Positions 31,470 through 42,713 are shown, counted from the stretch's first letter. The stretch: DNA of 64,000 nucleotides from Ignavibacteriota bacterium (GCA_963727825.1 CAVSHO010000009.1:32001-96000), one strand, 5' to 3'. Numbers and translations are program-made. Notes: generated by a model not told the origin, from the letters alone.

Positions 31470-34022
31470 TCATTTTAAAAATAAATCGGTTACAAATGAT
31501 TTCAATTGTCCAGAATCGATCTTTAATTTGCCAGTCTGCTTTTGATGTTCTTTAATATATTGCATCACTATTTGTGTGAATACTGCACCCGGCCTGGGAT
31601 ATGCAGCTACTATATAATGAGGGCCTTTTGTTGTTTCTCCCGCTTCTTGTTCCATTTCGGCTCTGAGATTGTCCGGAGTTATTAAAGTATTGGCATATTG
31701 GAAGACAACTTTATCCATTGCTTTATATACTTCTTTACTCTCCTTTACCAAACCATAGTAATCAAGAAGTTGAGCAAAAACATAATTGGATGTTGTATAA
31801 ACATCTTGACCCTGTTCTGATTTTACAGCTTCCCCATTTTCAGTTCGGCACATTGCCCAGCCCATAGTTGTGCGATTATTTTTATAAATCGTACTCAGAA
31901 TTTTCTTGGCTCTATCGTCAGATATGAAGGGCTCTTCTCCGATTGCTATCATATACCACATGGCATCCAGTTGATTAGTCCAGACATCTGTGTTCGTCTT
32001 CTTTGTGATAGTGTCATAACAAGTAACATAATACTGTAATTTTGTACCACGTTTATTTTTCTTTTCTCTCCATAATTTTTCAAAAGCTTCAGAAGCTTTT
32101 TTAAAACTATCTTCATATTGCTTTTTTGCCGGTTCATCTTTCATCATACCGGCCATTATTTTCATTGCTTGGCATCCAGCCATGAAGGTAGTTGCATCGT
32201 AACTATCAACTCCGAATAGAGTTAAATTATCAAATGTATTTTTAACTTCATGCGGATTACCCTCAGGGATACCATCTCCGTCTAAGTCATGCTTTTGTAA
32301 AAAGTCGAATCCGAATTTAAGAGTATCCCAGTTTTTCTTCAAGAATTCCTGATCACCCATGAATTTCACATTACGTAATACTCTTGTAACAAGCTTTGGA
32401 AAAAGATCAACCCAATAATTATTATTGTACCATGCATAGTCACTGACATTGCGAAGAGGATAACCTTTAGGCATCGCACATAAATCATGCGCAACGCTTC
32501 CTTTAACCTTAAAAGCATCCCTTATCTGAACTAAGGATTTGCCTTCATATTGTTCCGGGTACTCTTGAAAATGTTTTCTGGCTTCAACAAAGGATGAGTG
32601 TAAATGATAAAAGCGGGGTGTGAGATCTTCTGCAAGAATCGAATCGACAAACCGCTGGCAAAGCTCCTTCTCAATATTCGGGAAAAGCACCAACAGTACC
32701 ATTGAATACCAATCAACATCAGACGGATCAATATAAGCATAATCAAAGCATTCAAGGAATCTTGCTCTATCATTTCCATCTTCGTCTTCAACCCAAATCG
32801 CAGCATTTGATAGCGGGAAACTGAATTCATTTAAAATTAATCTGGTCAATCGCAGGGCGCCATTTTTATCATTTTTATAAGAAGGGCTTTTCGATATATT
32901 ATCAAATATTTTACCTTGGATTGTTGTTGTTTTTTTCAACCACTCACTATAATTATTGAGTGCAAACTTCGCCATATCCACTGCTCTGGTATCTTTATTT
33001 TTGAAGCTCTTTATATATTTACGATCAAAAGTTTTTCCGTCGATGTATCGTTGCTGTGGAAAATCCAAGACTGTTGCAAAAGGTATTTTGATGGCAGCTT
33101 TAGGTTTTAATGTGAAGGTAAGACTTATCGCCGCACCATAATCTTGATTTAGGATAGGCTTTCTCTTCTCATAAAAACTTCCGTCATCATTTAATAATAG
33201 ATCTTGCTTTAACCTATTTAAACAAAAAGACGGATGGGTATCTATCACAACACCATCAGTCTCCGGCACTGCAATAACCATCCTGTCCGCACATTCAGTA
33301 CTTCCCATCACAACACCTCTGATAGAAGAAGACTTGAACTCTTCATGGACATGACCTTTTATAGGGGCCGAACAGACATAAGCAGTATCTTGATCTGTCG
33401 GTTTTAATTCTTTTTCTTGGAGGTTTACTAATGATGGGGTTGGAATTACTAAAGTGATTTGCTGTTCTTTTGTCGAAGTATTTTTAACCTCATACTCTTC
33501 AACGCCAAGAGGCATCAGCGTCTGTTCGTTTCCTGATAACAGCGGAGATATGAATCTTCTTAGTACATTTACCTTTCCAAGTCGATATGACATTTCTGCT
33601 AATGGGGTTGCAAGCGAAATTGATACCCGCTTTTCTTCTATCGCCGGATGATAATAATTCTTCAATGCCGGGACATCATCGGGGCCTTCAACTTTTAACG
33701 GTTCCCTTGCTGTAAGCATATATGTTTTATCGCTCACACGGATAAACGGTGCAGAGCCAAATTGAATTGCATTTTGATTTAAGAAAATAATCCTGCCGGC
33801 GTTATTCAATCTATTATAGAGACCCTCGGGAGATATACCTATTGAACAGGTGGGGGCACCTTGAAGAGCAATGGTATGAGGGAATTGAAGAGTTTTTGAC
33901 ATTCCCTGAAAATGAACTGTCATTTTATTTTTAACATAAATATCAGAGATCTGCTTTCCTGAAATTGTATATATATCACTCGTTTTTAAACTATAAGATT
34001 TTGCCATAATATTTTTCTTCAA
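31470..34022 (-). CDS. Divergent GH116-family glycosidase, no signal peptide
   Basis: FLECFDY (nucleophile region), AHDL, W.DL.PK and DLDGDGIPE..NTFD (acid/base region) follow the GH116 pattern. Confidence 0.75.
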   Translation of the reverse strand: MKKNIMAKSYSLKTSDIYTISGKQISDIYVKNKMTVHFQGMSKTLQFPHTIALQGAPTCSIGISPEGLYNRLNNAGRIIFLNQNAIQFGSAPFIRVSDKTYMLTAREPLKVEGPDDVPALKNYYHPAIEEKRVSISLATPLAEMSYRLGKVNVLRRFISPLLSGNEQTLMPLGVEEYEVKNTSTKEQQITLVIPTPSLVNLQEKELKPTDQDTAYVCSAPIKGHVHEEFKSSSIRGVVMGSTECADRMVIAVPETDGVVIDTHPSFCLNRLKQDLLLNDDGSFYEKRKPILNQDYGAAISLTFTLKPKAAIKIPFATVLDFPQQRYIDGKTFDRKYIKSFKNKDTRAVDMAKFALNNYSEWLKKTTTIQGKIFDNISKSPSYKNDKNGALRLTRLILNEFSFPLSNAAIWVEDEDGNDRARFLECFDYAYIDPSDVDWYSMVLLVLFPNIEKELCQRFVDSILAEDLTPRFYHLHSSFVEARKHFQEYPEQYEGKSLVQIRDAFKVKGSVAHDLCAMPKGYPLRNVSDYAWYNNNYWVDLFPKLVTRVLRNVKFMGDQEFLKKNWDTLKFGFDFLQKHDLDGDGIPEGNPHEVKNTFDNLTLFGVDSYDATTFMAGCQAMKIMAGMMKDEPAKKQYEDSFKKASEAFEKLWREKKNKRGTKLQYYVTCYDTITKKTNTDVWTNQLDAMWYMIAIGEEPFISDDRAKKILSTIYKNNRTTMGWAMCRTENGEAVKSEQGQDVYTTSNYVFAQLLDYYGLVKESKEVYKAMDKVVFQYANTLITPDNLRAEMEQEAGETTKGPHYIVAAYPRPGAVFTQIVMQYIKEHQKQTGKLKIDSGQLKSFVTDLFLK

Positions 34023-34089
34023 TTATTAATATTCTATATTTTTAGATTGATTATTTACCGAACTTATCAGAAGATTTTAATTATTAAAA

Positions 34090-34135
34090 CACTTTACAAC
34101 ACATACCTTATTGTGAAAGGCTGTGTTGTAAAGTG
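34090..34135. other. Intergenic hairpin with 14 bp perfect outer stem (terminator or mRNA stabiliser)
   Basis: cactttacaacaca...tgtgttgtaaagtg between GH3 and GH116. Confidence 0.5.
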
Positions 34136-34156
34136 CACTCTGTGAATCAATAAAAC

Positions 34157-35986
34157 CTAGCAATAAGATAAATCAAGCGACGTTTTTTTCTTTGGTAACG
34201 GTTTCTTTACAGATGCCTCTTTCTGAACACCAAGGCTTATTGGCAGCTTGGTTTTGTTTGAAGGCTTGATTTTCCCAAACAATACTCCAACTGCGGCCTT
34301 TATTGAATCGGGTGTTGCGCTGAAATTGCAGACCACAACATCGGCTTCATTTGTGGTGCCATTTACGTACGGGTAATTTGTCACAACAACTACTTTCTTA
34401 CCCATTTCTTTGAGTTTCTTGACAAGCAACACGTTATTACCGGTTTTTACGATTCTGGCATAATAGTTTGTCATAACAACAGTGTCTACCTGTTTAGCAA
34501 GTTCAAGGCATTCCTCAAATTCATCTTCGTGCGCAGCAAAGTCTGTATCAGCAAGAATTAAATTGTGCGAATATTCCACCATGTCTTCGCAGAACATATG
34601 TTGATGCATGTAAGGATCTTTTCCGCAGAATTCATACGGGATACGCTGCTCGATAACCAGCATCTTTTCCTTGGGATTCAAAGGCAGCGTTTTTTTATCG
34701 TCGCGCATGACGATCAATGCTTTTTTAGCAACTTCCATTGAAAAATTAATAACCGGCTTGCTCATCGCATATGTCTGGGCCTTTTCAGGATCTTTCTTTC
34801 CAGCTGTTTCAAATAAACCTTGATCGTACTTCATTTTTAAAAGATGTGTTACAGCTTCTTCGAGCCTCTCTTCAGGAATTTCGCCGCTCTCAACAGCTGT
34901 CTTCACTCCAAAGAAACATTGTGATCTCGATTCATCATCAGCTTTCAAAAGTATTGTATCACATCCAACCTTTATCGCCATCGCACAGGCTCTCGGAAGC
35001 GGCCATTGTTTGAGGATTGCAGCCATACCGATTGCATCAGTAACTATAACTCCTTCAAATCCAAGTTCTTCTCTCAAGAGTCCTTTAATAATTCTTTCCG
35101 ATAACGTTGTAGGATATTTATCATCGTATGCCGGGTAAATTGAATGTCCCGTCATAATTGCTTTTACTCCTGCTGCTATCGCGGCTTTGAAAGGATATAA
35201 TTCTACTTCCTGCATCCTTTGCTTATCTGTTTTGATTACTTCCAGTACATCATGAGCGTCGGTATCTGAAGCGCCTCTTCCGGGGAAGTGTTTTCCGGTC
35301 GCCGCTATTCCACCATCCTGGAAGCCTTTTATGATAGCAACAACGTGTTTTGCGCAAGTCTCAGGATCATCGCTAAAAGATCTGATACCTATCTCAGGAT
35401 TTCTTGGATTGATATTTACATCGCAGACCGGCGAATACATTTGTGTAACACCGATATTGCTTAATTGCTTCGCAATTGTCAGACCGATTTGATATGTCGT
35501 CTTTGGATCGCCGATTGCTGCCATACCCATCGGAGACGGAAATTGTCTGATGCCGCCCGACATATAATCGTTCTTGAAATCGCCTTCGAAGTCGATTGTC
35601 ATGTGGAGAGGAATTCCAACCCGTCTGTCCATTGCAATCTGCTGAAGCTTATTCAGATCTTTCGTATAATCTCCTGGCGTGATGCTTATGCCAAAGGACT
35701 TACCGGCAAAATAATTATTTGCAATGGTAAAATAATCGGCGGGCTTTTTAAAATTTTTATCGATCTGGGAATTTCCCCAGTATAGATTCTTGCATGTCTC
35801 GACAGCGTATGGTTCAAGACAAAGACCGCCGCAATGCAATTTCGTTATCTGTTCAATTGTGCTCGGCGTTAACATTGCGCCGCGCCGCGTGAATGTCAAT
35901 AGCTGGCCGACTTTCTCTTCCAAAGTCATCTTTGCTAATAACTTTGATACAAATGCGTCTCTTTTCGCATTATCTTTCTTTGCCAT
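34157..35986 (-). CDS. Cytoplasmic GH3 glycosidase, NagZ-like subgroup
   Basis: MTLEEKVGQ, IDFEG, SPVCDV, RSFS, KHFPGRG....DAH, IVTDAIGM; no signal peptide. Confidence 0.85.
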   Translation of the reverse strand: MAKKDNAKRDAFVSKLLAKMTLEEKVGQLLTFTRRGAMLTPSTIEQITKLHCGGLCLEPYAVETCKNLYWGNSQIDKNFKKPADYFTIANNYFAGKSFGISITPGDYTKDLNKLQQIAMDRRVGIPLHMTIDFEGDFKNDYMSGGIRQFPSPMGMAAIGDPKTTYQIGLTIAKQLSNIGVTQMYSPVCDVNINPRNPEIGIRSFSDDPETCAKHVVAIIKGFQDGGIAATGKHFPGRGASDTDAHDVLEVIKTDKQRMQEVELYPFKAAIAAGVKAIMTGHSIYPAYDDKYPTTLSERIIKGLLREELGFEGVIVTDAIGMAAILKQWPLPRACAMAIKVGCDTILLKADDESRSQCFFGVKTAVESGEIPEERLEEAVTHLLKMKYDQGLFETAGKKDPEKAQTYAMSKPVINFSMEVAKKALIVMRDDKKTLPLNPKEKMLVIEQRIPYEFCGKDPYMHQHMFCEDMVEYSHNLILADTDFAAHEDEFEECLELAKQVDTVVMTNYYARIVKTGNNVLLVKKLKEMGKKVVVVTNYPYVNGTTNEADVVVCNFSATPDSIKAAVGVLFGKIKPSNKTKLPISLGVQKEASVKKPLPKKKTSLDLSYC

Positions 35987-36010
35987 TTTAATATCTCCTA
36001 TTTTTCTTGT

Positions 36011-37228
36011 TTATAATTCCCATTTACCACTATTATTAGGCCCGGCCCAAAATTCACGTTCCTTCTTCCAGCCAGCCTCACTAACTTTCATTTCTTTTGT
36101 TTTCCATCCAGCTTTGATGCGTTTTGTCAAATCGTCGAATCCTTTGTTCCAAGAAAGCCCATCGGGAACGGTAACGTTCATACTTCCTGCGGCATTCGCG
36201 TAACGGAGACAATTTTCAATTGAATTACCTTTGACAAAAGCGGAGAGGAATCCTGCAATTGCTGAATCGCCCGAACCTAACGCGCCTACAAATTTCTCTT
36301 CCTCATAAACTGGGAACCAAAGTTCTCTATTCGCCCAGTTATCAAGATTGGAACAACCTGCTTCGCCGAGCTTTGATAGGCGATCTTTACCAGCGGTTCG
36401 AACATAGAGTCCCCTGCTACCGCATTTAACCATCGCTATCGCAGTACCCATCTTTAACATATCGCTTCCCAGATCGGAGATTTCTTTTACTGTCATATGA
36501 TCGAGTACTGTTTCTTTAGGTCCAAGCTTGGCTTTTTTCTCGAGAAATTTTTCTTTATAAAGGAAATACAAAATTTCTTCTGCACTTGGCACCATGATAT
36601 CTGTCAACGGAATCCAATCCTTAAGAATTTCTTTCCAGTTAACCTGGCCTGCACGACTATTGACGTCGGGAAGCGAAAGGTCAAGCGCAGTCGTCGTTCC
36701 CAACTCCTTAGTCTTCTTAAGAATTTTTGTCAATTCTTTACCGGTGTTCTCATAAAGCTTGCTCATCCAAGGTGGATATCCAAAGAGCATTAATTTAGAA
36801 TGCTTCACAAGATCAAAATTCATGTCTTTGTACCCAAACGTATCATTCGCACCGCAATGATGCAGATAGAATCTATCTATGCCGGGTATGCAAATAGCAA
36901 TTGTATAAGAGGTTGATTCTCCCTTCACTGTTTTGATACCTTGGAAATGTCCTTCATTTTCTTCATACCAATTGAGAATTTCTTTTCCAAAATCATCATC
37001 ACCAATTTTCCCGATTAATTCAGTTTTTACACCAAGTCGTCGAATGGATACACCGGCATTTGTGACAGGGCCTCCACCTACAACGACACATTCACCCATG
37101 TTAATCATTTTACCGGGCACGAGAACATCCGTCATCTTGTCAACTTTGCCTTCAATTGTAAAAGCGGGTATTAAGTCAAGGCAAGTATGCCCCGCAGCTA
37201 CGATTTCGATATTTTTTTTATCTGCCAT
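36011..37228 (-). CDS. PfkB-family carbohydrate kinase
   Basis: GGGPVTN, GKIGDDDFG, GALGSGDSAIAGF signatures. Confidence 0.88.
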   Translation of the reverse strand: MADKKNIEIVAAGHTCLDLIPAFTIEGKVDKMTDVLVPGKMINMGECVVVGGGPVTNAGVSIRRLGVKTELIGKIGDDDFGKEILNWYEENEGHFQGIKTVKGESTSYTIAICIPGIDRFYLHHCGANDTFGYKDMNFDLVKHSKLMLFGYPPWMSKLYENTGKELTKILKKTKELGTTTALDLSLPDVNSRAGQVNWKEILKDWIPLTDIMVPSAEEILYFLYKEKFLEKKAKLGPKETVLDHMTVKEISDLGSDMLKMGTAIAMVKCGSRGLYVRTAGKDRLSKLGEAGCSNLDNWANRELWFPVYEEEKFVGALGSGDSAIAGFLSAFVKGNSIENCLRYANAAGSMNVTVPDGLSWNKGFDDLTKRIKAGWKTKEMKVSEAGWKKEREFWAGPNNSGKWEL

Positions 37229-37348
37229 TTAAAGCTCCTTAATGAACAATTTTGTATAGAAATTTGCAGACTGATGTGTAATAATACTACGATCTAAAAG
37301 TTGTCTATCTGTTATTTAACAATGTTTTATTTTTGATACTTTTTTTTC

Positions 37349-37890
37349 TTAAGCCATTCTTATATTTGCAATGGCATCAAGAGCGGGTTTTGGTTCATAG
37401 TGATAGTTGAATAACAACGGGTAGTCGGTTCGTCCGATAACAGGCCAACCACTACGCCATGATTGCTTATCATTAATTCCCAAAAAAGTTACCCGTTAAA
37501 ATTTATCACGATGCTTCAGAAAAATCGACATAAATTCCGAATATTTTTTTGCCTGTTTTTTTAAACAGAACCCGGCACAGCGCTCACATAGGGATTATTT
37601 TTTTCTGTATTTCAGGACTTAAAGAAGAAAAGAGTATGGCCGATCATTTGTAATCCAAGCTTTTCGCCGTATTCAACAAAACGATCTGCCGCTTCGAAAT
37701 TATATTGACCCGGAGCCGGATGAACCTCTTCCCACTTTAAAATATTTTCCGGAGTGATACTGTTAAAATGCTTCTGTACTATGGCATCTGAGCTTGGTTC
37801 TTTACCGTAAATCTGATTTTTATTAAGGGCGACACCAATAAGGAAGTCGCCCTTAAAAATATCTTTCAAGCCCTCTTGAAACTCGCCCAC
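37349..37890 (-). pseudogene. GH10 xylanase remnant with large internal deletion and stop codons
   Basis: N part FNSITPENILKW...GHTL abuts C part NPY..., RVTF/GINDKQSW..WP..GRTDYPLLF..YEPKPA; both catalytic Glu regions are missing. Confidence 0.85.
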
Positions 37891-37897
37891 TCACCAC

Positions 37898-39218
37898 CTA
37901 GAAAATATAGGAGTTGATAATATTTTCTAGCATCTCCTGTCGGCCGCTCGGTAGAACTGGATTCTTTTCGTTACGAACCCATTTGTCTACATCTTCCATA
38001 GTAACCTTGCCGGACATAATCTGCTGGCCGATACCGGAATTGTGGCTGCTATATCTTTCTTCGATGAATTTGCTCAATACTTTATCCTGAATCATTTGAT
38101 GTGCAACCAATAGGCCTTTTGCAAATGCATCCATCCCGCCGATATGCGCATAGAAAAGATCCGTTGGATCATTGGAACTGCGGCGTACTTTTGCATCGAA
38201 ATTTAATCCGCCGGTACCGAGGCCATTCTGATTTAAAATAACCAACATTGCCATTGTAGTACTGTAAATATCGGTCGGAAATTGATCGGTATCCCATCCA
38301 AGAAGCAGATCGCCTCTGTTTGCATCTACACTTCCTAACCTTCCTGCCGCTGAAGCGACTGCAAGTTCGTGCTCAAACGTACTGCCAGCCAAGGTGCCAT
38401 GGTTTGCTTCGATATTCAATTTGAAGTCATCGAATAAATCAAATTCTCTCAAGAAGTTTAATGTCGTCGCTGCATCTGCATCATATTGATGCTTTGTCGG
38501 CTCGCATGGCTTCGGCTCAATAAGAAATTGGCATTTGAAACCAAGCTTCTTTTTATAATCCACAGCCATATGGAAAAATCGAGCCATCTTCTCCGCTTCT
38601 TTTTTCAAATCTGTATTTATTAATGTTTCGTACCCTTCACGTCCGCCCCAGAATACATAATTTTCACCGCCAAGTTCTTTCGTTGCATCGATTGCATTCT
38701 TCACTTGTGCTATCGCAGTGGCCATCACGTGTGCATTCGGACTTGATCCGGCGCCTTGAGAATAAATTGCATTGCTGAATAAATTTGCAGTGCCCCATAA
38801 CAATTTCACGCCGGTTTCTTTTTGAAATTTCTTTGCCACCTCAACCATGGCTTCCAAATTTTTGCATGTCTCAGCAAAAGTTTCGCCTTCAGGCGCGATA
38901 TCTCTATCATGGAAACAATAATAGTCTATTCCGCATTTTTGCAGAAATTCGAAATTCGCTTCCATAGTATCTTTCGCACGTTGCATAGGATTTGAAGATT
39001 TCCGCCATTCTCTTTCAAAACTTGGACCTCCAAACATATCAGCGCCATGTGCCCATCATAGTGTGCCAAAATGCAACTGAAAAACGAAGATGTTCCGCCA
39101 TCGTTTTATTGCCAACTTTTTGGTTCTTGTTGTAATATTTAAAAGCCAAAGGATTCTTTGAATCTTTACCTTCGTAAGGTATCGGCTTTTCAACTTTTGT
39201 AAAATATTTGTTCGTCAT
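37898..39218 (-). CDS. xylA: Xylose isomerase (class II); +1 frameshift at 39047-39048
   Basis: [42 protein letters not shown]; ATG at 39218 after GAAGGAG. Confidence 0.95.
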
Positions 39219-39294
39219 ATCTACTCCTTCACTTTGATTTATTATATAGTTAAGTTTGAAAGATACATTCTCGCATTTTATCAGTTCAAACAAT

Positions 39295-39337
39295 ATTGAA
39301 CCGTTTTAATAGTACAATTATTTATGATATGTGTCAA
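39295..39337 (-). promoter_or_regulatory. sigma70-type promoter of xylA with overlapping LacI-type operator
   Basis: Minus strand TTGACA (39337-39332), 17 nt spacer, TACTAT (39314-39309); operator ATTGAACCGTTTTAAT at 39295-39310. Confidence 0.8.
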
Positions 39338-39393
39338 GTCCTATATCTATATTATACACGAAAAAGAATAAAAGTACGGTTAACATTTAACTT

Positions 39394-39437
39394 AAAAAAA
39401 GTGACCGTCACTTGCATTACAAATACGTAACGGTCAC
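39394..39437 (-). terminator. Intrinsic terminator after xylB
   Basis: gtgaccgt...acggtcac stem followed by T7 on the minus strand. Confidence 0.6.
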
Positions 39438-39478
39438 CCAAGAGTTTTGCAACTACAAATTGGTAAATAGCAGAATAC

Positions 39479-40975
39479 TTAGCTCTTTATCTGAAGGATA
39501 CGGTTTAACGCAGAAGCCCAGCGTTCATAAAGTTCCGTATATTTAGCTTTATTCGTGCTTTTTGGTTCGATCACTTGCAACCGTTCGAGACCTTTAAACA
39601 TTTCTTCACGTGATTTGTAATGCTTCACACCTAATCCTGCGCCGCGCGCTGCACCCTGTGAGCCGTCTGTGTTATAAAGCTCTATGGTAACACCGGAAAC
39701 CTCCGCAAGTGTCTCGCGGAAGATTGGTCCGAGGAATAGATTTGCTTGACCTGCACGCATAACTTTGGGCTTCATGTCCATCTCGTGCATGATATTAATG
39801 CCGTAATTAAATGCAAATGCAATTCCTTCATGAACTGCACGCATGAGATGCGATTGTGTATGTATGTTATATTGCAGGTTCATCAGTTGAGCACCTGTGT
39901 CGCGATTTTCCAGCATTCTTTCAGCTCCATTACCGAACGGCAAACAGATGAGACCATCGGCTCCAATAGGTGTAATCATTGCAAGTTCATCAAGGCGTGA
40001 ATATTTTACAGATTCCTGACCTGTTATACGGCGCATCCAGCTGTTTGAAATTCCACATCCGTTGATGCAGAGAAGCACACCGATGCGGCGTGCATCAGCT
40101 TTATGATTAACGTGCGCAAAAGAATTTACCCTTGAAGGCGGATCGTATTTCAATGCATCGCTGACCCCATAAACAACACCTGAAGTGCCTGCAGTTGCAG
40201 CAATTTCACCTGGCTCCATAACGTTTAATGAGAGAGCATTATTCGGTTGGTCGCCAGCCCGATATGTAACCGGAGTTCCTTTTGCTAATCCAAATTCTTT
40301 TGCAGCGCTTTCGGTCAAACGTCCTTGCTCTCCAAATGTTGGGACGATTGGAGGAATCATATCTTTGCTAATTCCGTAATGATCAAGTAAAAATTGTGCG
40401 GGTGAATTAGCTTTAAAGTCCCAAAGTATTCCTTCGGATAGACCTGACTCAGTTGTAACTGCATCGCCCGTAAGACGCATCGCAACGTAATCGCCGGGAA
40501 GCATAAATTTATCAACTTTTTCAAAAATCTTCGGTTCATTTATTTTTACCCATCTGAGTTTGGATGCGGTGAAATTGCCTGGGGAGTTCATAAGAGATGC
40601 CAGACATTTTTTAGCGCCGATGGCTTTAAAAGCATCGCGTCCGATTTCCACGGCTCTGCTATCGCACCAAATAATTGAAGGGCGCAATACCTGCTTGTTC
40701 TTATCGACGATAACAAGTCCATGCATCTGATAGGATATACCGATAGCAACGATTTGTTCGCTTTTGATACGTGAAGCAGCTAGAACTTCCTTAGTTGCAA
40801 TCTTCAGGTTTTCCCACCACATATTCGGATCCTGCTCTGCCCAGCCGGCTTTTGCAGCCGATATAGGCATTTCGTTTTTGGGTGAGAACGCGCTGAAATC
40901 ACTCTTGCCCGTCTCAAGATTGAGAAGAGACACTTTTACTGATGAACTACCAATATCAAATCCGAGTGTATACAT
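39479..40975 (-). CDS. xylB: Xylulokinase (FGGY family)
   Basis: LGFDIGSSSVK, YQMHGLV, IIWCDSR, AGDQ, AGTSG; adjacent to xylA. Confidence 0.93.
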   Translation of the reverse strand: MYTLGFDIGSSSVKVSLLNLETGKSDFSAFSPKNEMPISAAKAGWAEQDPNMWWENLKIATKEVLAASRIKSEQIVAIGISYQMHGLVIVDKNKQVLRPSIIWCDSRAVEIGRDAFKAIGAKKCLASLMNSPGNFTASKLRWVKINEPKIFEKVDKFMLPGDYVAMRLTGDAVTTESGLSEGILWDFKANSPAQFLLDHYGISKDMIPPIVPTFGEQGRLTESAAKEFGLAKGTPVTYRAGDQPNNALSLNVMEPGEIAATAGTSGVVYGVSDALKYDPPSRVNSFAHVNHKADARRIGVLLCINGCGISNSWMRRITGQESVKYSRLDELAMITPIGADGLICLPFGNGAERMLENRDTGAQLMNLQYNIHTQSHLMRAVHEGIAFAFNYGINIMHEMDMKPKVMRAGQANLFLGPIFRETLAEVSGVTIELYNTDGSQGAARGAGLGVKHYKSREEMFKGLERLQVIEPKSTNKAKYTELYERWASALNRILQIKS

Positions 40976-41033
40976 CTGATGTTGTCCTTTTTATTTTATA
41001 GATGAAGTAATTAAACATTGTTTAAAGAAAATA

Positions 41034-42083
41034 TTACTTAGTGGAAAATTGATAAATAGTCGTTTGCTTATAAACATTGCCCGGTTTTAAAACAACAGAA
41101 GGGAACTCCGGTTTGTTCGGCGAATCAGGATAACCCTGGGCTTCCAGACAGAGCCCTGTTCTGCGTTTATAAACCACGCCGTTTTTCCCCCTGGTTTCAC
41201 CTAGAGAATTACCCGAATAGAATTGAATTCCAGGTTGATCAGTATATACTGTCATAGTTCGTCCGCTCTTAGGCTCTTGAACTTCTGCAACTTTGCGGAC
41301 TTTGCCGTTGTAGTTTTTTAGGACCCAGTTGTTATCGTAACCTCCTCCGATAAGGAGCTGTTCATATTTTTCATCGACGCGCGCGCCGATTGTCTTCATA
41401 GTTCGAAAATCCAGTGGAGTATTTGCAACATCAGCAAACTTGCCGGTTGGAATTTGTCCTTTGTCTACAAGCGTAAAAGAGTCGGCTTCAATACTGAGTT
41501 GATGATCCAGAATTGTCTGAGAGAGGTTACCTGATAAATTGAAATACGAATGCTGCGTTGGATTTAGAATGGTTGTTTTATCTGTTGTCCCTTTATAATC
41601 GACGCGGAGTTCGTTTTTATTGCTTAGTGTGTATGTAACAACAAGAGTAACTTTTCCAGGATAACCTTCTTCACCGTCGGGACTGATGAGTGTCAATTTA
41701 AGAGCCGGTTCATCTCCATCGAGAGCTTCTGCTTCCCAAAGTTTTTTATTGAATCCGACTATTCCGCCATGAAGGTGATTCTCTCCGTTGTTTGTGGCAA
41801 GTTGATAGGTCTTACCTTCCAACTGGAATCGGCCTTTGCCGATACGGTTTCCATATCGCCCAACAATTGATCCTAAAAACGTACTATCATTAATGTAACT
41901 CTGCAGCGTGTCATATCCTAGGACGACGTCTTCAAACTTGCCGTTCCGATCCGGGACGATGATTGATGTTACTATCGCTCCATAGTTTATAATTGCCACT
42001 TTACTGCCTGAAGAATTGGTTAGAGTATACTGATGGACTTCTTTGCCATCCGGGAGTTTACCAAACGATGTCTTATCAATCAC
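41034..42083 (-). CDS. galM: Aldose 1-epimerase
   Basis: GRYGNRI, HLHGG, GEEGYPG, HSYFNL, GLCLEAQ motifs. Confidence 0.93.
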   Translation of the reverse strand: MIDKTSFGKLPDGKEVHQYTLTNSSGSKVAIINYGAIVTSIIVPDRNGKFEDVVLGYDTLQSYINDSTFLGSIVGRYGNRIGKGRFQLEGKTYQLATNNGENHLHGGIVGFNKKLWEAEALDGDEPALKLTLISPDGEEGYPGKVTLVVTYTLSNKNELRVDYKGTTDKTTILNPTQHSYFNLSGNLSQTILDHQLSIEADSFTLVDKGQIPTGKFADVANTPLDFRTMKTIGARVDEKYEQLLIGGGYDNNWVLKNYNGKVRKVAEVQEPKSGRTMTVYTDQPGIQFYSGNSLGETRGKNGVVYKRRTGLCLEAQGYPDSPNKPEFPSVVLKPGNVYKQTTIYQFSTK

Positions 42084-42161
42084 TTGTTTTATCCTTTATA
42101 TTAAAAGTATGCTTGTTGTTTAAATATATATATAATAGAGTAACCCAAAAGTCAAAGAACA

Positions 42162-42203
42162 ATTGAACCGTTTCAATATTACAATGTTGAATCTAAAAGG
42201 CAA
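42162..42203 (-). promoter_or_regulatory. LacI-type operator and probable promoter of galM-xylB
   Basis: ATTGAACCGTTTCAAT at 42162-42177 overlapping minus-strand TAATAT (42181-42176); TTGCCT at 42203-42198. Confidence 0.72.
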
Positions 42204-42356
42204 ATTAAAAATAAATTTATAAAAAGATATCTAAAAATCGTAAGAATCGCAAATTGTGGTTATGGGCTATTTTCATTTATGGATATTTTTATAAGCAAAA
42301 GAACCAAACAGTTATACAGGCGGCCATAATTATATGAGCGTTGGCAATGCTTCATT

Positions 42357-42506
42357 TAATAAACATCCTCGCAGTCCCGCATAGCGGGACCAGGTATTTT
42401 GTCACTCCCGCGTACGCGGGAGTCTAATGTTCTGGATTCCTCCCGACTTTGTCGGGACGGGAATGACGACGCAAGCGTCGGGTTATTGAACCCGAAGAAG
42501 AATAAA
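42357..42506. repeat. Nested palindromic (REP/MITE-like) element, copy 2 (longer form)
   Basis: Same as 17885-18001 plus an extra segment ccaggtattttgtcactcccgcgtacgcggga. Confidence 0.85.
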
Positions 42507-42677
42507 TAAGTCTATGGAATTTCAGAATAGATAAGGTTATTTATATGAAATCTCTTTCATCATTTGGAATTGATAAAACATCACTTTCAACGCGTCAAAT
42601 CAAGATGCTTCTTTGCCGCCTTTTAGTAAAGTGTTTGATCGATATTTTTCTTTTTGTTTCAATAATTATTTATTTCT

Positions 42678-42713
42678 TTGACATCTGTTAAAATAATTAG
42701 GTAACCTTATAAT
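42678..42713 (+). promoter_or_regulatory. Possible sigma70-type promoter of the fhs operon
   Basis: TTGACA at 42678, TAACCT at 42702 (18 nt spacer) and TATAAT at 42708. Confidence 0.4.
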
